Of a stretch of 64,000 nt of DNA, positions 52,901-60,164 are shown one piece after another. Both the position numbers and the translations under genes were made by a program. The stretch spans positions 18,535-82,534 of the forward strand of contig JBOIBB010000014.1 in NCBI GenBank assembly GCA_050739335.1, in the 5' to 3' direction. The notes under the pieces are model-generated. The model ran no database searches, had not been told where the DNA came from, and saw nothing but the letters and a program-made list of their open reading frames with translations. This stretch comes from Gammaproteobacteria bacterium (GTDB lineage: Bacteria > Pseudomonadota > Gammaproteobacteria > Natronospirales > REEB76). Positions within the stretch are counted from its first letter, which is position 1. Every line of letters begins with the position of its first letter.

Positions 52901-52938
52901 TAAGCCAGCGCCAAGCTGCCAAACAGGAGAACCATTGA
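49918..52938 (+). CDS. Fusion protein: an N-terminal EPSP-synthase-like enolpyruvyl-transferase-fold domain and a C-terminal AMP-forming acyl-CoA synthetase
   Basis: The N-domain carries VPNSKYHAHRAL, QRRPVGPLL, LSQWISGLILLAP, DLPDMLPVL, RLKESDRV and NDHRVLMSL, which correspond to the EPSPS blocks PGSKSxSNR, ERP, SSQ, D313, KETDR and DHRMAM. The C-domain carries LLFTSGTSGEPKGVIHTH, GAFGTTE, YRTGDL, GRVRDVINRGGEKI and PRNAVGKIQK. The start is set at ATG 49918 (MYLSVLGS..). Confidence 0.85.
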   Translation: MYLSVLGSHARIHGTVEVPNSKYHAHRALILASLADGVSRITGLTDARHVQYTIRVLRTLGIDIEIRHDTFVVHGGRYRPRRSSVSAGSSGTTLYFMLGLAALAETDVIVTGQKYFQRRPVGPLLAALRQMGVGVSSGTDCPPFAVKARRPLGGEVHIPGTLSQWISGLILLAPFATHATTVIVDGPFNERNYVALTVRMMRSFGLEVTASADGRRYTIAPDQRAHPADLVIPPDIGSAAFGVAAAAMHPADVLLHGLRCARAAEVDHPEAGFLDIAAAMGLPMQVDARAGGLRIVHSGVRLKPVTVDCRDLPDMLPVLSGMACFADGETVFTNVEHVRLKESDRVTSMLQLNSMGGDVDFDGSSLRVRGVHALHGADLSSFNDHRVLMSLAVTASAAEGRSTLTYPNAYRISYPRFLEAMHTFGLDMQVEKQRLAAHSGKPSRPLIEDQEAVERAAGVTGEAWVRRWAKEKPDEVAVAEARPETTRYMTWAELDARADRVAALLLTLGVGAKDRVAIQLPNWSEFVAITVGAMRIGAVVCPIMPIFREREVAFALFRSRAKIFILPEEFRGRRHAEEAAGALAKTQSGGSRHLGLTDVCVIGNRRASQSLAASTAVRWHDWDAELEAVSVDRSAIDARRPRAEGPAQLLFTSGTSGEPKGVIHTHATLSRAAAMEVRHLGLGQHEVIYVPSPLAHQTGFLYGMWLAFTLGAPQLLQPVWDAERALNVLRGWKGTFVQAATPFLTDLVKAVEAGAAPAPSLRIFVATGAAVPRTLAERATRVLGTAVCGAFGTTETCLGALAAPGDAPVKVWGTDGRALAGVELRIVDEHGKRLAPGAEGNLELKSGTMFAGYLDRPDLTPAAFTADGWYRTGDLATLDEEGFLRITGRVRDVINRGGEKIPVAEIEELLYRHPDIEDVAVVAMPDARLGERGCAFVVSRKSSALTFAGMQQYLDAHHVSKHYWPERLELIDVIPRNAVGKIQKFVLRERAKNLVSQRQAAKQENH

Positions 52939-54134
52939 TGGTCACGATCAGCCCCGACGGACGTGGCAGCGAACTCGACCCGGACCGCTACCAGGCGCTG
53001 CTGGCCGAAGTCACCGCTTGGGTCACCGCACCCGGCGAACAATGGGCCGAACGCATCGAGTCCTCGACGGCACTGGTGCCCGAGGAGCTCTGGGACGAGC
53101 TCAAGCAGCGCGGTTACCTGTCGCTCGCGGCACCGGTGGAACTCGGCGGACGTGGCTTGAGCTTCGTCCAGTGGATGGGCTTGATGGAAGTATTTTCGCG
53201 CTCGCATGCCTCGATCCGCATGATCGTGCACGTGGTAAACGGCACTTGGCGCGCCATGAATCCTTTTGCCAATGCGGCCCAGCGCCAGCAATTCGTGCGC
53301 CGCTCGATCGCGGGTGACATTAAGATCGCCTTCACCCTGACCGAACCCGACAACGGTACCGGCGCGGACCTGACCTGCCAGGTACGCCGCGATGGCGAGC
53401 GCTATCTGCTGACCGGCAAGAAACATCTCATCACCTTCGGCTTGCGCTGTGATTACTGGCTGCTGTTCGCGCGCCTCCAGGGCAGCAAGGGCAAGGACGG
53501 CACCTTGGCTCTGCTCGTTGACCGGCACGCACCCGGCGTGCGCACCGAGGACACCTCGGCGTCCATGGGTGTGCATGGCACGGATCATGCTGCGTTATTC
53601 TTCACCGACACGCCGGTGCCGGTCGCGCAGCGGCTCGGCCGCGAGGGCGATGGACTCACGGTGGCACTCGGCGGTTTCCTTACGCCGAGCCGTATCTCGG
53701 TCGCGATGAGTTGCGTGGGTCTGGCCGAGCGTGCCCAGGAACTCGCAATTGATTACGCACTCAAGCGCGTGACCTTCGGCCAACCGCTCGGCACGCGCCA
53801 AGCCATTGCCTTCATGATTGCCGAGAATGCCGCGGACATTGCCGCGAGCCGGGCGCTCACTCTCGAGGCCGCGCGCTGTTGGCAGGCCGGCGAGGAACGT
53901 GCCAGTGCGCTTTCGTCGATGGCCAAGATGACCGCGGTCGACATGCTCACGCGCGTGACCGACAAGGCACTGCAAATACACGGCGGCCGGGGTTATATGC
54001 GCACCCACAGAATCGAGCGTGTCTATCGCGACGCACGAGCCCAGCGATTTGAAGAAGGCACCAACGAAATCCAGAAAACCGTCGTGGCCCGGGAGATTCT
54101 TGCCCGCGCTGCGCGTCACAAGGACTCACAATGA
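52938..54134 (+). CDS. Acyl-CoA dehydrogenase family protein
   Basis: The ~398-aa ACAD architecture ends in the C-terminal motif RIERVYRDARAQRFEEGTNEIQ. An AGGAGA RBS lies 7 nt upstream, and the ATG overlaps the upstream TGA by 1 nt. Confidence 0.85.
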   Translation: MVTISPDGRGSELDPDRYQALLAEVTAWVTAPGEQWAERIESSTALVPEELWDELKQRGYLSLAAPVELGGRGLSFVQWMGLMEVFSRSHASIRMIVHVVNGTWRAMNPFANAAQRQQFVRRSIAGDIKIAFTLTEPDNGTGADLTCQVRRDGERYLLTGKKHLITFGLRCDYWLLFARLQGSKGKDGTLALLVDRHAPGVRTEDTSASMGVHGTDHAALFFTDTPVPVAQRLGREGDGLTVALGGFLTPSRISVAMSCVGLAERAQELAIDYALKRVTFGQPLGTRQAIAFMIAENAADIAASRALTLEAARCWQAGEERASALSSMAKMTAVDMLTRVTDKALQIHGGRGYMRTHRIERVYRDARAQRFEEGTNEIQKTVVAREILARAARHKDSQ

Positions 54135-54940
54135 GCAGCAAAGTGGCGGTGATCACGGGTGCGTCGCGCGGTATTGGCGCACGCGTGGCTGAGATGCTCG
54201 CGGCCGAGGGTGCCGCGGTCGTGGTCAATTACAAAAAAAACGCGGAGCTCGCCGAGCAGATCGTGGCCAAACTGCGCACCTTGGGCGGTGACGGCGTCAC
54301 CGTTCAGGCCGATGTGGAAAACCCCGATGAAGTGCGGCGTATCTTCGACGTGGCCGCCGAAAAATACGGACGTCTCGACTATTTCGTCAACAACGCCGCC
54401 GCCGCGGCCTTCAAGCGCATCCTCGACCTGAAGCCGAACCATCTGGACCGTTCCTACGCGATGAACCTGCGCCCGTTCGTGCTTGGCGCCCAGGAAGCCG
54501 TCAAGCTCATGGACCGGGGCGGACGGATCGTGGCGCTCACCAGCTACGGCAGCTTGCATGCGTACCCAACCTATGCGGCACTCGGTTCGTACAAAGCCGC
54601 CATCGAGAGCTTTATCCGCTACATGGCGGTGGAATTTGCGCCTTACGGTATCAATGTCAACGGTGTGAGTGGCGGCTTGATCGAGTCGGACTCCTTGCAC
54701 TATTTCTACGAACGTGTGCCCGGGCAGGCACCTATGCAGTCGGTACTCGTGAAAATCCCGCTGCAACGGCCCGGTACGGTCGACGAGATGGCGCACGCCG
54801 TCATGTTTCTGCTCGGCGACAAGTCGAGCTATATCACCGGGCAGACGCTGGTGGTCGATGGCGGACTGTCGGTGATCGCACCGCCGTTTTGGTCCGAAAC
54901 CCACGCGCCACTGAGTCTCCCCGAGCGTCCGCACCGCTGA
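54131..54940 (+). CDS. SDR-family enoyl-thioester reductase-like protein (FabL/ChcA-like)
   Basis: The cofactor motif is VITGASRGIGARV and NNAA is present. The active-site spacing is Y-x6-K (YAALGSYK), as in FabI/FabL enoyl reductases, rather than the classical YxxxK. The start overlaps the upstream stop (ATGA). Confidence 0.8.
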   Translation: MSSKVAVITGASRGIGARVAEMLAAEGAAVVVNYKKNAELAEQIVAKLRTLGGDGVTVQADVENPDEVRRIFDVAAEKYGRLDYFVNNAAAAAFKRILDLKPNHLDRSYAMNLRPFVLGAQEAVKLMDRGGRIVALTSYGSLHAYPTYAALGSYKAAIESFIRYMAVEFAPYGINVNGVSGGLIESDSLHYFYERVPGQAPMQSVLVKIPLQRPGTVDEMAHAVMFLLGDKSSYITGQTLVVDGGLSVIAPPFWSETHAPLSLPERPHR

Positions 54941-54947
54941 GCTTGAG

Positions 54948-57020
54948 ATGCTCGAGCATGTGTTCAGGCCGGCAGCGATCGGCGGCCTCGCGCTCCGCCA
55001 CCGCATCGTCGTGGGCTCGATGCATTTGAACCTCGAGACCGCCGGTGACGGCTCGGCCCTCGCGGCGTTCTACGTCGAGCGCGTGCAGGGCGGCGCGGAC
55101 CTCGTAGTCACTGGCGGCATCGCCGTGAACCGGGCCGGAGCGGGAAGCCGCGGTTACGCGGTGCTGACCAAAGCAAAAGACCGCAGGCGGCTCGCGCATG
55201 TTGCCCAGGCGGTGCACGCCGCGGGCGGCCACATCGCCTTGCAGCTCTTTCACGCCGGCCGTTACGCATTCCATGAAGCTTTTGGCATAACGCCCCGTGC
55301 ACCTTCCGCCGTTTATAGCCGCTTCTCGCGCTGTCTGCCCCAGGCTATGAGCGTCGACGAAATCAACGCGACCATCGCGGATTTCGCCGCCGGTGCACAA
55401 GCTGCACGCGAGCTTGGCTTCGATGCCGTGGAAATCATGGGTTCCGAAGGCTATCTCATCAATCAATTCGCCTCGCCGGTGACAAATTTGCGCACCGACG
55501 ATTGGGGCGGCTCAGCCGAGGCGCGCCGACGCTTCCCCCTGGCGGTGTTGGCGGCGGTGCGCGCCGCCGTGGGCGCGAATTTCCCGGTCATCGCCCGCAC
55601 ATCCGGCAATGACTTGATGCAAGATTCCTCCACTGGGCAGGAGCTCGATGTGCTCACCGTAGCCTTGGCGGAAAGTGGGGCCGACGCGATCAACGTAGGC
55701 ATCGGCTGGCACGAGTCGCATACGCCCTCGGTACAGGCGCTAGTGCCACATGGCATGTGGATCTCAACCGCTGCGCGCATGCGCAGGGCGCTGCGTGCGG
55801 CCGGCTCACCGATACCCGTCATCGGCTCGAACCGCATCAATTCGCTGATACAGGCCGAAGAGTTCCTGGCCGCCGACGCCATTGACTTGGTGTCGATGGC
55901 GCGGCCGTTCCTCGCCGACTCCGCAATCATTGCGAAGTCGCGCACCGGACAGTTCAATTTCGTCGACACCTGCATCGGCTGCAACCAGGCATGCATCGAC
56001 CGCTCGTTTGGCAGCGAACGCGTTTCCTGCCTGGTGAACCCGCGTGCCGGACACGAACTCGAATTCCCACTGGTAACCGCGGCGGGGCAGGCCACACGTG
56101 TCGCGGTGGTAGGCTCGGGTCCGGCGGGTATACAGGCCGCGGCCACGCTCGCGGTCCACGGCATCGCCGTCGACCTATACGAGAGCGAGGCGGGAATCGG
56201 CGGGCAGTTCCGCCTGGCGTGCCAAGTCCCCGGCAAGGCCGATTACGGCGAAACCATCCGTTATTTCCGTCACGAACTCGAGCGGCTTGGCGTTACGGTA
56301 CGGACCCGGGTGCGGGCGACGGTAGAACAGCTCGGCACTTACGCACACGTGATCGTGGCCTGCGGCGTCACACCGCGGCGCGTGGACATTCCGGGCGCCG
56401 ATCTGCCGCAAGTCATTTCGTACCGCGAAGCTTTCGATCGGGCGTCTACGCTTGGATCGCGTGTCGCCATCATCGGCGCGGGCGGCATCGCCATCGATCT
56501 CGCCGAACTGCTGGTGCATCCCGATGACACCGAACTCGACGGTGCCGACGCGCGCCGCAGGTTTGCCGAAGATCACGGACTGGTACCCGTGGACGCTGCC
56601 CACGTACGGACGCAGCGCGCGGTACCGCAGGTCACACTCATGCGCCGCTCGGGCAAGATCGGAGCCGGTATCGGGCCCTCGACCCGGTGGGCCGTGCTTG
56701 CGTCGATTCGTTCAGCAGGCGTCAAAACTTTCACCGGAGTGGAGTACCGGCGAATTACCCACGAGGGTGTTTGGATTGTGCCGCCACCGACAGAAACTGC
56801 TGCGATCCCTCAAGAAACTTTGGTTGCCGCCGATCAGGTAGTAATCGCCGCCGGTCAGGTACCCGACGACCATTTGGCCAAAGAACTGGATCGTGCCGGT
56901 ATCGCAAATACGGTAATCGGCGGTGCCCGTGACACCTCGGGCCTCAATGCCGTACGGGCGTTTGACGAGGGCTTGCGCTGCGCAGCCGCACTTGCCGCGA
57001 GGCTCAACCAGCGAAATTGA
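54948..57020 (+). CDS. FadH-like 2,4-dienoyl-CoA reductase (OYE TIM barrel, 4Fe-4S cluster, FAD/NAD(P) domains)
   Basis: The 690-aa protein has an OYE-like N-terminus, the Cys cluster motif CIGCNQACIDR...C and two dinucleotide folds (VAVVGSGPAGIQAA, VAIIGAGGIAIDLA). Confidence 0.85.
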   Translation: MLEHVFRPAAIGGLALRHRIVVGSMHLNLETAGDGSALAAFYVERVQGGADLVVTGGIAVNRAGAGSRGYAVLTKAKDRRRLAHVAQAVHAAGGHIALQLFHAGRYAFHEAFGITPRAPSAVYSRFSRCLPQAMSVDEINATIADFAAGAQAARELGFDAVEIMGSEGYLINQFASPVTNLRTDDWGGSAEARRRFPLAVLAAVRAAVGANFPVIARTSGNDLMQDSSTGQELDVLTVALAESGADAINVGIGWHESHTPSVQALVPHGMWISTAARMRRALRAAGSPIPVIGSNRINSLIQAEEFLAADAIDLVSMARPFLADSAIIAKSRTGQFNFVDTCIGCNQACIDRSFGSERVSCLVNPRAGHELEFPLVTAAGQATRVAVVGSGPAGIQAAATLAVHGIAVDLYESEAGIGGQFRLACQVPGKADYGETIRYFRHELERLGVTVRTRVRATVEQLGTYAHVIVACGVTPRRVDIPGADLPQVISYREAFDRASTLGSRVAIIGAGGIAIDLAELLVHPDDTELDGADARRRFAEDHGLVPVDAAHVRTQRAVPQVTLMRRSGKIGAGIGPSTRWAVLASIRSAGVKTFTGVEYRRITHEGVWIVPPPTETAAIPQETLVAADQVVIAAGQVPDDHLAKELDRAGIANTVIGGARDTSGLNAVRAFDEGLRCAAALAARLNQRN

Positions 57021-57283
57021 TCCGCCGGAGTTCCCCAAGCTCGTGCGGGTGGGTATGCCTGCCCTGAGGTCGGCAGCCGTTCGAGCTTCGATGCGTGGAC
57101 GATGCGGCCATGAAACCTCGCGTCGTTCATGCGAAAATTCGCCCTGTGGAGCACGCTCGGTTTTCATCCTTGAGCCCAGCGCGTCTGGGCGCCGGTGGGA
57201 CGCCGCCCGCGACGCGAACGTTGGCGGAATAGGGCGGTCCCCACAGCCAGGATCGATGGCAAAAGTTACGCATATGCATGCAG

Positions 57284-57370
57284 GCCCGGGTGGCGGAACG
57301 GGTAGACGCAAGGGACTTAAAATCCCTTGGCCGCAAGGCCGTGCCGGTTCGAGTCCGGCCCCGGGCACCA
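57284..57370 (+). tRNA. tRNA-Leu (anticodon TAA), long variable arm, CCA encoded
   Basis: The sequence is GCCCGGGTGGCGGAACGGGTAGACGCAAGGGACTTAAAATCCCTTGGCCGCAAGGCCGTGCCGGTTCGAGTCCGGCCCCGGGCACCA. Confidence 0.95.
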
Positions 57371-57472
57371 AGCAGGCGAGCCAAGCGTTCACCGCGGCAC
57401 GTTTGTTCCACCCCTGGCGTGACATCGTGTGCATCGCGCCCTGGCTCGCATCCATTGTGACCCGCCGAACAC

Positions 57473-58114
57473 ATGCCTGAGTCTTCAAGCTTGACTTTGA
57501 GCGCGCATCAAGTGTCCGTGTGGCGTGGTGAGCGTTGCCTGTGCCGAGATCTGAATTTCGCGTTGCACGGCGGCGAAGCGCTGCATCTTCAAGGTATCAA
57601 CGGCGCTGGCAAGACCAGCCTGATTCGCGTGCTTACCGGGCTCGGCCGTTGTGACGCCGGCGAAGTACGCTGGTGCGGTGCGCCGCTACGCCGTCTCGGC
57701 CCGGAATATCGCGCGGCTATCGCTTACGTCGGCCACAGCAATGGCGTGAACCTCGGTCTGAGTCCGCGGGAGAATCTGCGCGCGGCCGGTGCACTTGCGC
57801 AAATCCCAAGTGGCGCTGCCGTGCAGGCGGCACTCGACGAAGTGCATCTCGGTTCCCAGGCCGACTCCGCTTGTGCCACGCTGTCCATGGGGCAACGCCG
57901 GCGCACGGCGCTTGCACGTCTGCTGCTCACCCGGGGGCCGCTCTGGTTTCTCGACGAACCGCTTGCGAGCTTGGATGTCTCCGGGGTTGCGTGGCTATCC
58001 GGAGTCCTCAGAGCGCATTTGGCCGGCGGTGGCCTGGCCGTCTATGCCACGCATCAGGCGCTGGATCTCGCTCCGCACCGCGTGCAGGCCCTAGCTCTCA
58101 AGGCCGCGACGTGA
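57473..58114 (+). CDS. ccmA: Heme exporter ATP-binding protein CcmA
   Basis: It has Walker A (GINGAGKTS), the ABC signature (LSMGQRRR) and Walker B (LWFLDEP). Confidence 0.9.
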   Translation: MPESSSLTLSAHQVSVWRGERCLCRDLNFALHGGEALHLQGINGAGKTSLIRVLTGLGRCDAGEVRWCGAPLRRLGPEYRAAIAYVGHSNGVNLGLSPRENLRAAGALAQIPSGAAVQAALDEVHLGSQADSACATLSMGQRRRTALARLLLTRGPLWFLDEPLASLDVSGVAWLSGVLRAHLAGGGLAVYATHQALDLAPHRVQALALKAAT

Positions 58115-58776
58115 ACGTGCGCGAGCTCGTAGGGCGCGATTTGCGTCTCGCATATCGCCGGCGTGGGGAACTCGTGACACCTTTGGGATTCTTTATCATC
58201 GTCACCGCCTTGTTCCCGCTGGCGCTCGGTCCCGAAGTTAATCTGCTGCGCCGCTTGGCGCCTGGCGTAATCTGGGTGGCGGCGCTGCTCGCGAGTCTTA
58301 TTGCACAAGACGGCTTGTTCAAGAGCGACTACGAGGACGGCAGCCTCGAGCAGACACTGCTCAGCCCTGCGCCGCTGGAGATTTTGGTGTTGCTGCGGGT
58401 ATTCGCCCACTGGCTCGTGACGGGCTTGCCGCTCGTGATCCTGTCAGCGCTCATGGGGCTACTGCTAAATTACCCCGTGGCCGCCTTGGGCGTGCTGGTG
58501 GGCAGCCTGCTGCTCGGTACGCCGGTACTGAGTTTTCTGGGTGCCATCGGCGCGGCGTTGACGGTGGGGCTGCGCCGCAGCAGCATGCTGTTGCCGATCC
58601 TGGTGCTGCCGCTCGCGGTGCCGGTGCTGATTTTCGGTGCTGCCGCGGCACAGCGCGCCGCGCAGGCGGAACCGGTGGCTGCGCCGCTATATTTCCTTGG
58701 CGCCATGCTGGTCCTGGCTATCACCTTCGCGCCATTCGCCATAGCAGGCGGATTACGCATAAGCCTCGAATCCTGA
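58111..58776 (+). CDS. ccmB: Heme exporter membrane protein CcmB
   Basis: The GTG at 58111 overlaps the ccmA stop (GTGA). The product is a 221-aa polytopic protein (..LRLAYRRRGELVTPLGFFIIV..). The 57673 ORF start lies inside ccmA and is rejected. Confidence 0.85.
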   Translation: MNVRELVGRDLRLAYRRRGELVTPLGFFIIVTALFPLALGPEVNLLRRLAPGVIWVAALLASLIAQDGLFKSDYEDGSLEQTLLSPAPLEILVLLRVFAHWLVTGLPLVILSALMGLLLNYPVAALGVLVGSLLLGTPVLSFLGAIGAALTVGLRRSSMLLPILVLPLAVPVLIFGAAAAQRAAQAEPVAAPLYFLGAMLVLAITFAPFAIAGGLRISLES

Positions 58777-58789
58777 ACAGGAAGCATTG

Positions 58790-59527
58790 ATGTTCGTCTG
58801 GTTTCACCGTCTCGCATCGCCACCTTACTTTTACCGTGTGGCACAAAAGCTCAGCCCGTGGTTGGGTTGGGCCAGCCTGCTACTCATCCTCGCGGGACTG
58901 TACGGCGGTTTGTGGCTCGCGCCACCCGATTTTCGCCAAGGCGACGGCTTTCGCATCATGTACGTGCACGTTCCCAGCGCATGGATGTCGATGTTCATCT
59001 ACGCGGTGATGGCGGCGGCCGCAGCCGTCGGACTCATCTGGCGCCTGAAGCTCGCGCACGCTGTATCCACCGCGGCAGCCCCGCTGGGAGCGTCTTTCAC
59101 CTTCCTCGCCCTGGTCACCGGTGCGTTGTGGGGCAAGCCGATGTGGGGCACGTACTGGGTGTGGGGGGCGCGGCTCACTTCGGAACTGGTATTACTGTTT
59201 CTGTACTTTGGTTTCATTGCGCTCAGCCACGCGTTTGAAGATCGGCGCACCGGCGATCGCGCGAGTGCGGTGCTGGCACTCGTCGGTGCCGTGAATCTTC
59301 CGATCATTCACTATTCCGTAGTTTGGTGGAATACTCTGCACCAAGGTCCGACGGTGTTCTTCGGACCCGAGCGTGATATCGCACCGAGCATGTTCATCCC
59401 GCTATTTATCATGATTGCCGGCTTCATGCTGTATTTTGGTGCCTTTGTCCTCAAGCGCCTGCAGATCGAAGTACTGCAGCGCGAGCGTCACACGGCCTGG
59501 GTGGAAGAGTTAGTGAGGAAGTCATGA
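58790..59527 (+). CDS. ccmC: Heme lyase/exporter subunit CcmC
   Basis: The Trp-rich motif WGKPMWGTYWVWGARLTSE and conserved His residues are present. The ATG at 58790 is preceded by AGGAAG. Confidence 0.9.
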   Translation: MFVWFHRLASPPYFYRVAQKLSPWLGWASLLLILAGLYGGLWLAPPDFRQGDGFRIMYVHVPSAWMSMFIYAVMAAAAAVGLIWRLKLAHAVSTAAAPLGASFTFLALVTGALWGKPMWGTYWVWGARLTSELVLLFLYFGFIALSHAFEDRRTGDRASAVLALVGAVNLPIIHYSVVWWNTLHQGPTVFFGPERDIAPSMFIPLFIMIAGFMLYFGAFVLKRLQIEVLQRERHTAWVEELVRKS

Positions 59528-59700
59528 GTTCCTGGCACGAGTTCATCACCATGGGTGGGTATGCCGCCTACGTTTGGCCGGCCTACGCTATCGCGCTCGT
59601 GGTGATGCTGGCGAACGCCGTGCTGCCGCTACGCCGACAACGGATGCTGCTCAAGGATCTGCGCCGCCGGCTGCACGACCGGGGAGGGCCGCAAACATGA
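59524..59700 (+). CDS. ccmD: Heme exporter protein CcmD (58 aa; below the ORF-track size cutoff)
   Basis: My manual translation is MSSWHEFITMGGYAAYVWPAYAIALVVMLANAVLPLRRQRMLLKDLRRRLHDRGGPQT. It shows the typical CcmD pattern (GGYxxYVWxAY, TM helix, basic tail). The ATGA overlaps the ccmC stop, and the ccmD stop overlaps the ccmE ATG. Confidence 0.85.
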   Translation: MSSWHEFITMGGYAAYVWPAYAIALVVMLANAVLPLRRQRMLLKDLRRRLHDRGGPQT

Positions 59701-60164
59701 CTCCGGCACGGCGGCGACGGCTGATTATCGTGCTGGTACTCGTGGTGGGTGTGGCCATCGCGGCCACGCTGGGGCTGAAAGCCTTCCGCAAAAACCTCTT
59801 GTACTACTTCACGCCGGAACAAGTGGCGAAGGGCGACGCCCATCCCGGGCAATCGTTTCGCATGGGCGGCCTGGTCGCGATGGGCAGTATTCAGCGTGCG
59901 CCTGGCAGCATGACCGTGCACTTCACGGTCACCGACATGGAACGCTCGATCCCGGTGGTCTACACAGGAATTCTGCCGGACCTGTTCGCGCAGGGGCAGG
60001 GCATCGTCGTCTATGGCACGCTGCAGAAAAACGGCGAGTTTGTCGCCAATCAGGTGCTTGCCAAGCATGACTCCAAATACATGCCGCCGGAAGTCGAAGC
60101 CGACATCAAGAGGGCCAAGGCCGAACAACTCGCCAAGAGCGCCCACGAGGCCAGCGTCGAATAA
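59697..60164 (+). CDS. ccmE: Cytochrome c-type biogenesis heme chaperone CcmE
   Basis: It has an N-terminal anchor (MTPARRRRLIIVLVLVVG) and the heme-binding His motif LAKHDSKYMPPEV. The start is at ATG 59697, not 59574. Confidence 0.9.
   Translation: MTPARRRRLIIVLVLVVGVAIAATLGLKAFRKNLLYYFTPEQVAKGDAHPGQSFRMGGLVAMGSIQRAPGSMTVHFTVTDMERSIPVVYTGILPDLFAQGQGIVVYGTLQKNGEFVANQVLAKHDSKYMPPEVEADIKRAKAEQLAKSAHEASVE

Noticed and set aside
57066-57095. A possible tRNA-Cys 3'-end remnant (attR-like repeat), GCAGCCGTTCGAGCTTCGATGC, at the right end of the insert
   Set aside because: Only the TTCGA core and a few flanking bases match the tRNA-Cys T-arm, and the alignment needs gaps. This is indistinguishable from chance, so no direct repeat is claimed.
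56712-57488. A 258-aa minus-strand ORF spanning the region between the dienoyl-CoA reductase gene and ccmA
   Set aside because: It reads straight through tRNA-Leu in antisense (the ..GLEPARP..ILSPLRLPV.. segment) and overlaps two well-supported genes. It has no motifs.
57673-58110. A long upstream extension of the ccmB ORF (367-aa version)
   Set aside because: It lies entirely inside ccmA in another frame. A GTG at 58111 overlapping the ccmA stop gives a normal 221-aa CcmB.
59574-59696. An upstream extension of the ccmE ORF (196-aa version)
   Set aside because: It overlaps ccmD. The ATG at 59697 overlaps the ccmD stop and gives the canonical CcmE N-terminal anchor.
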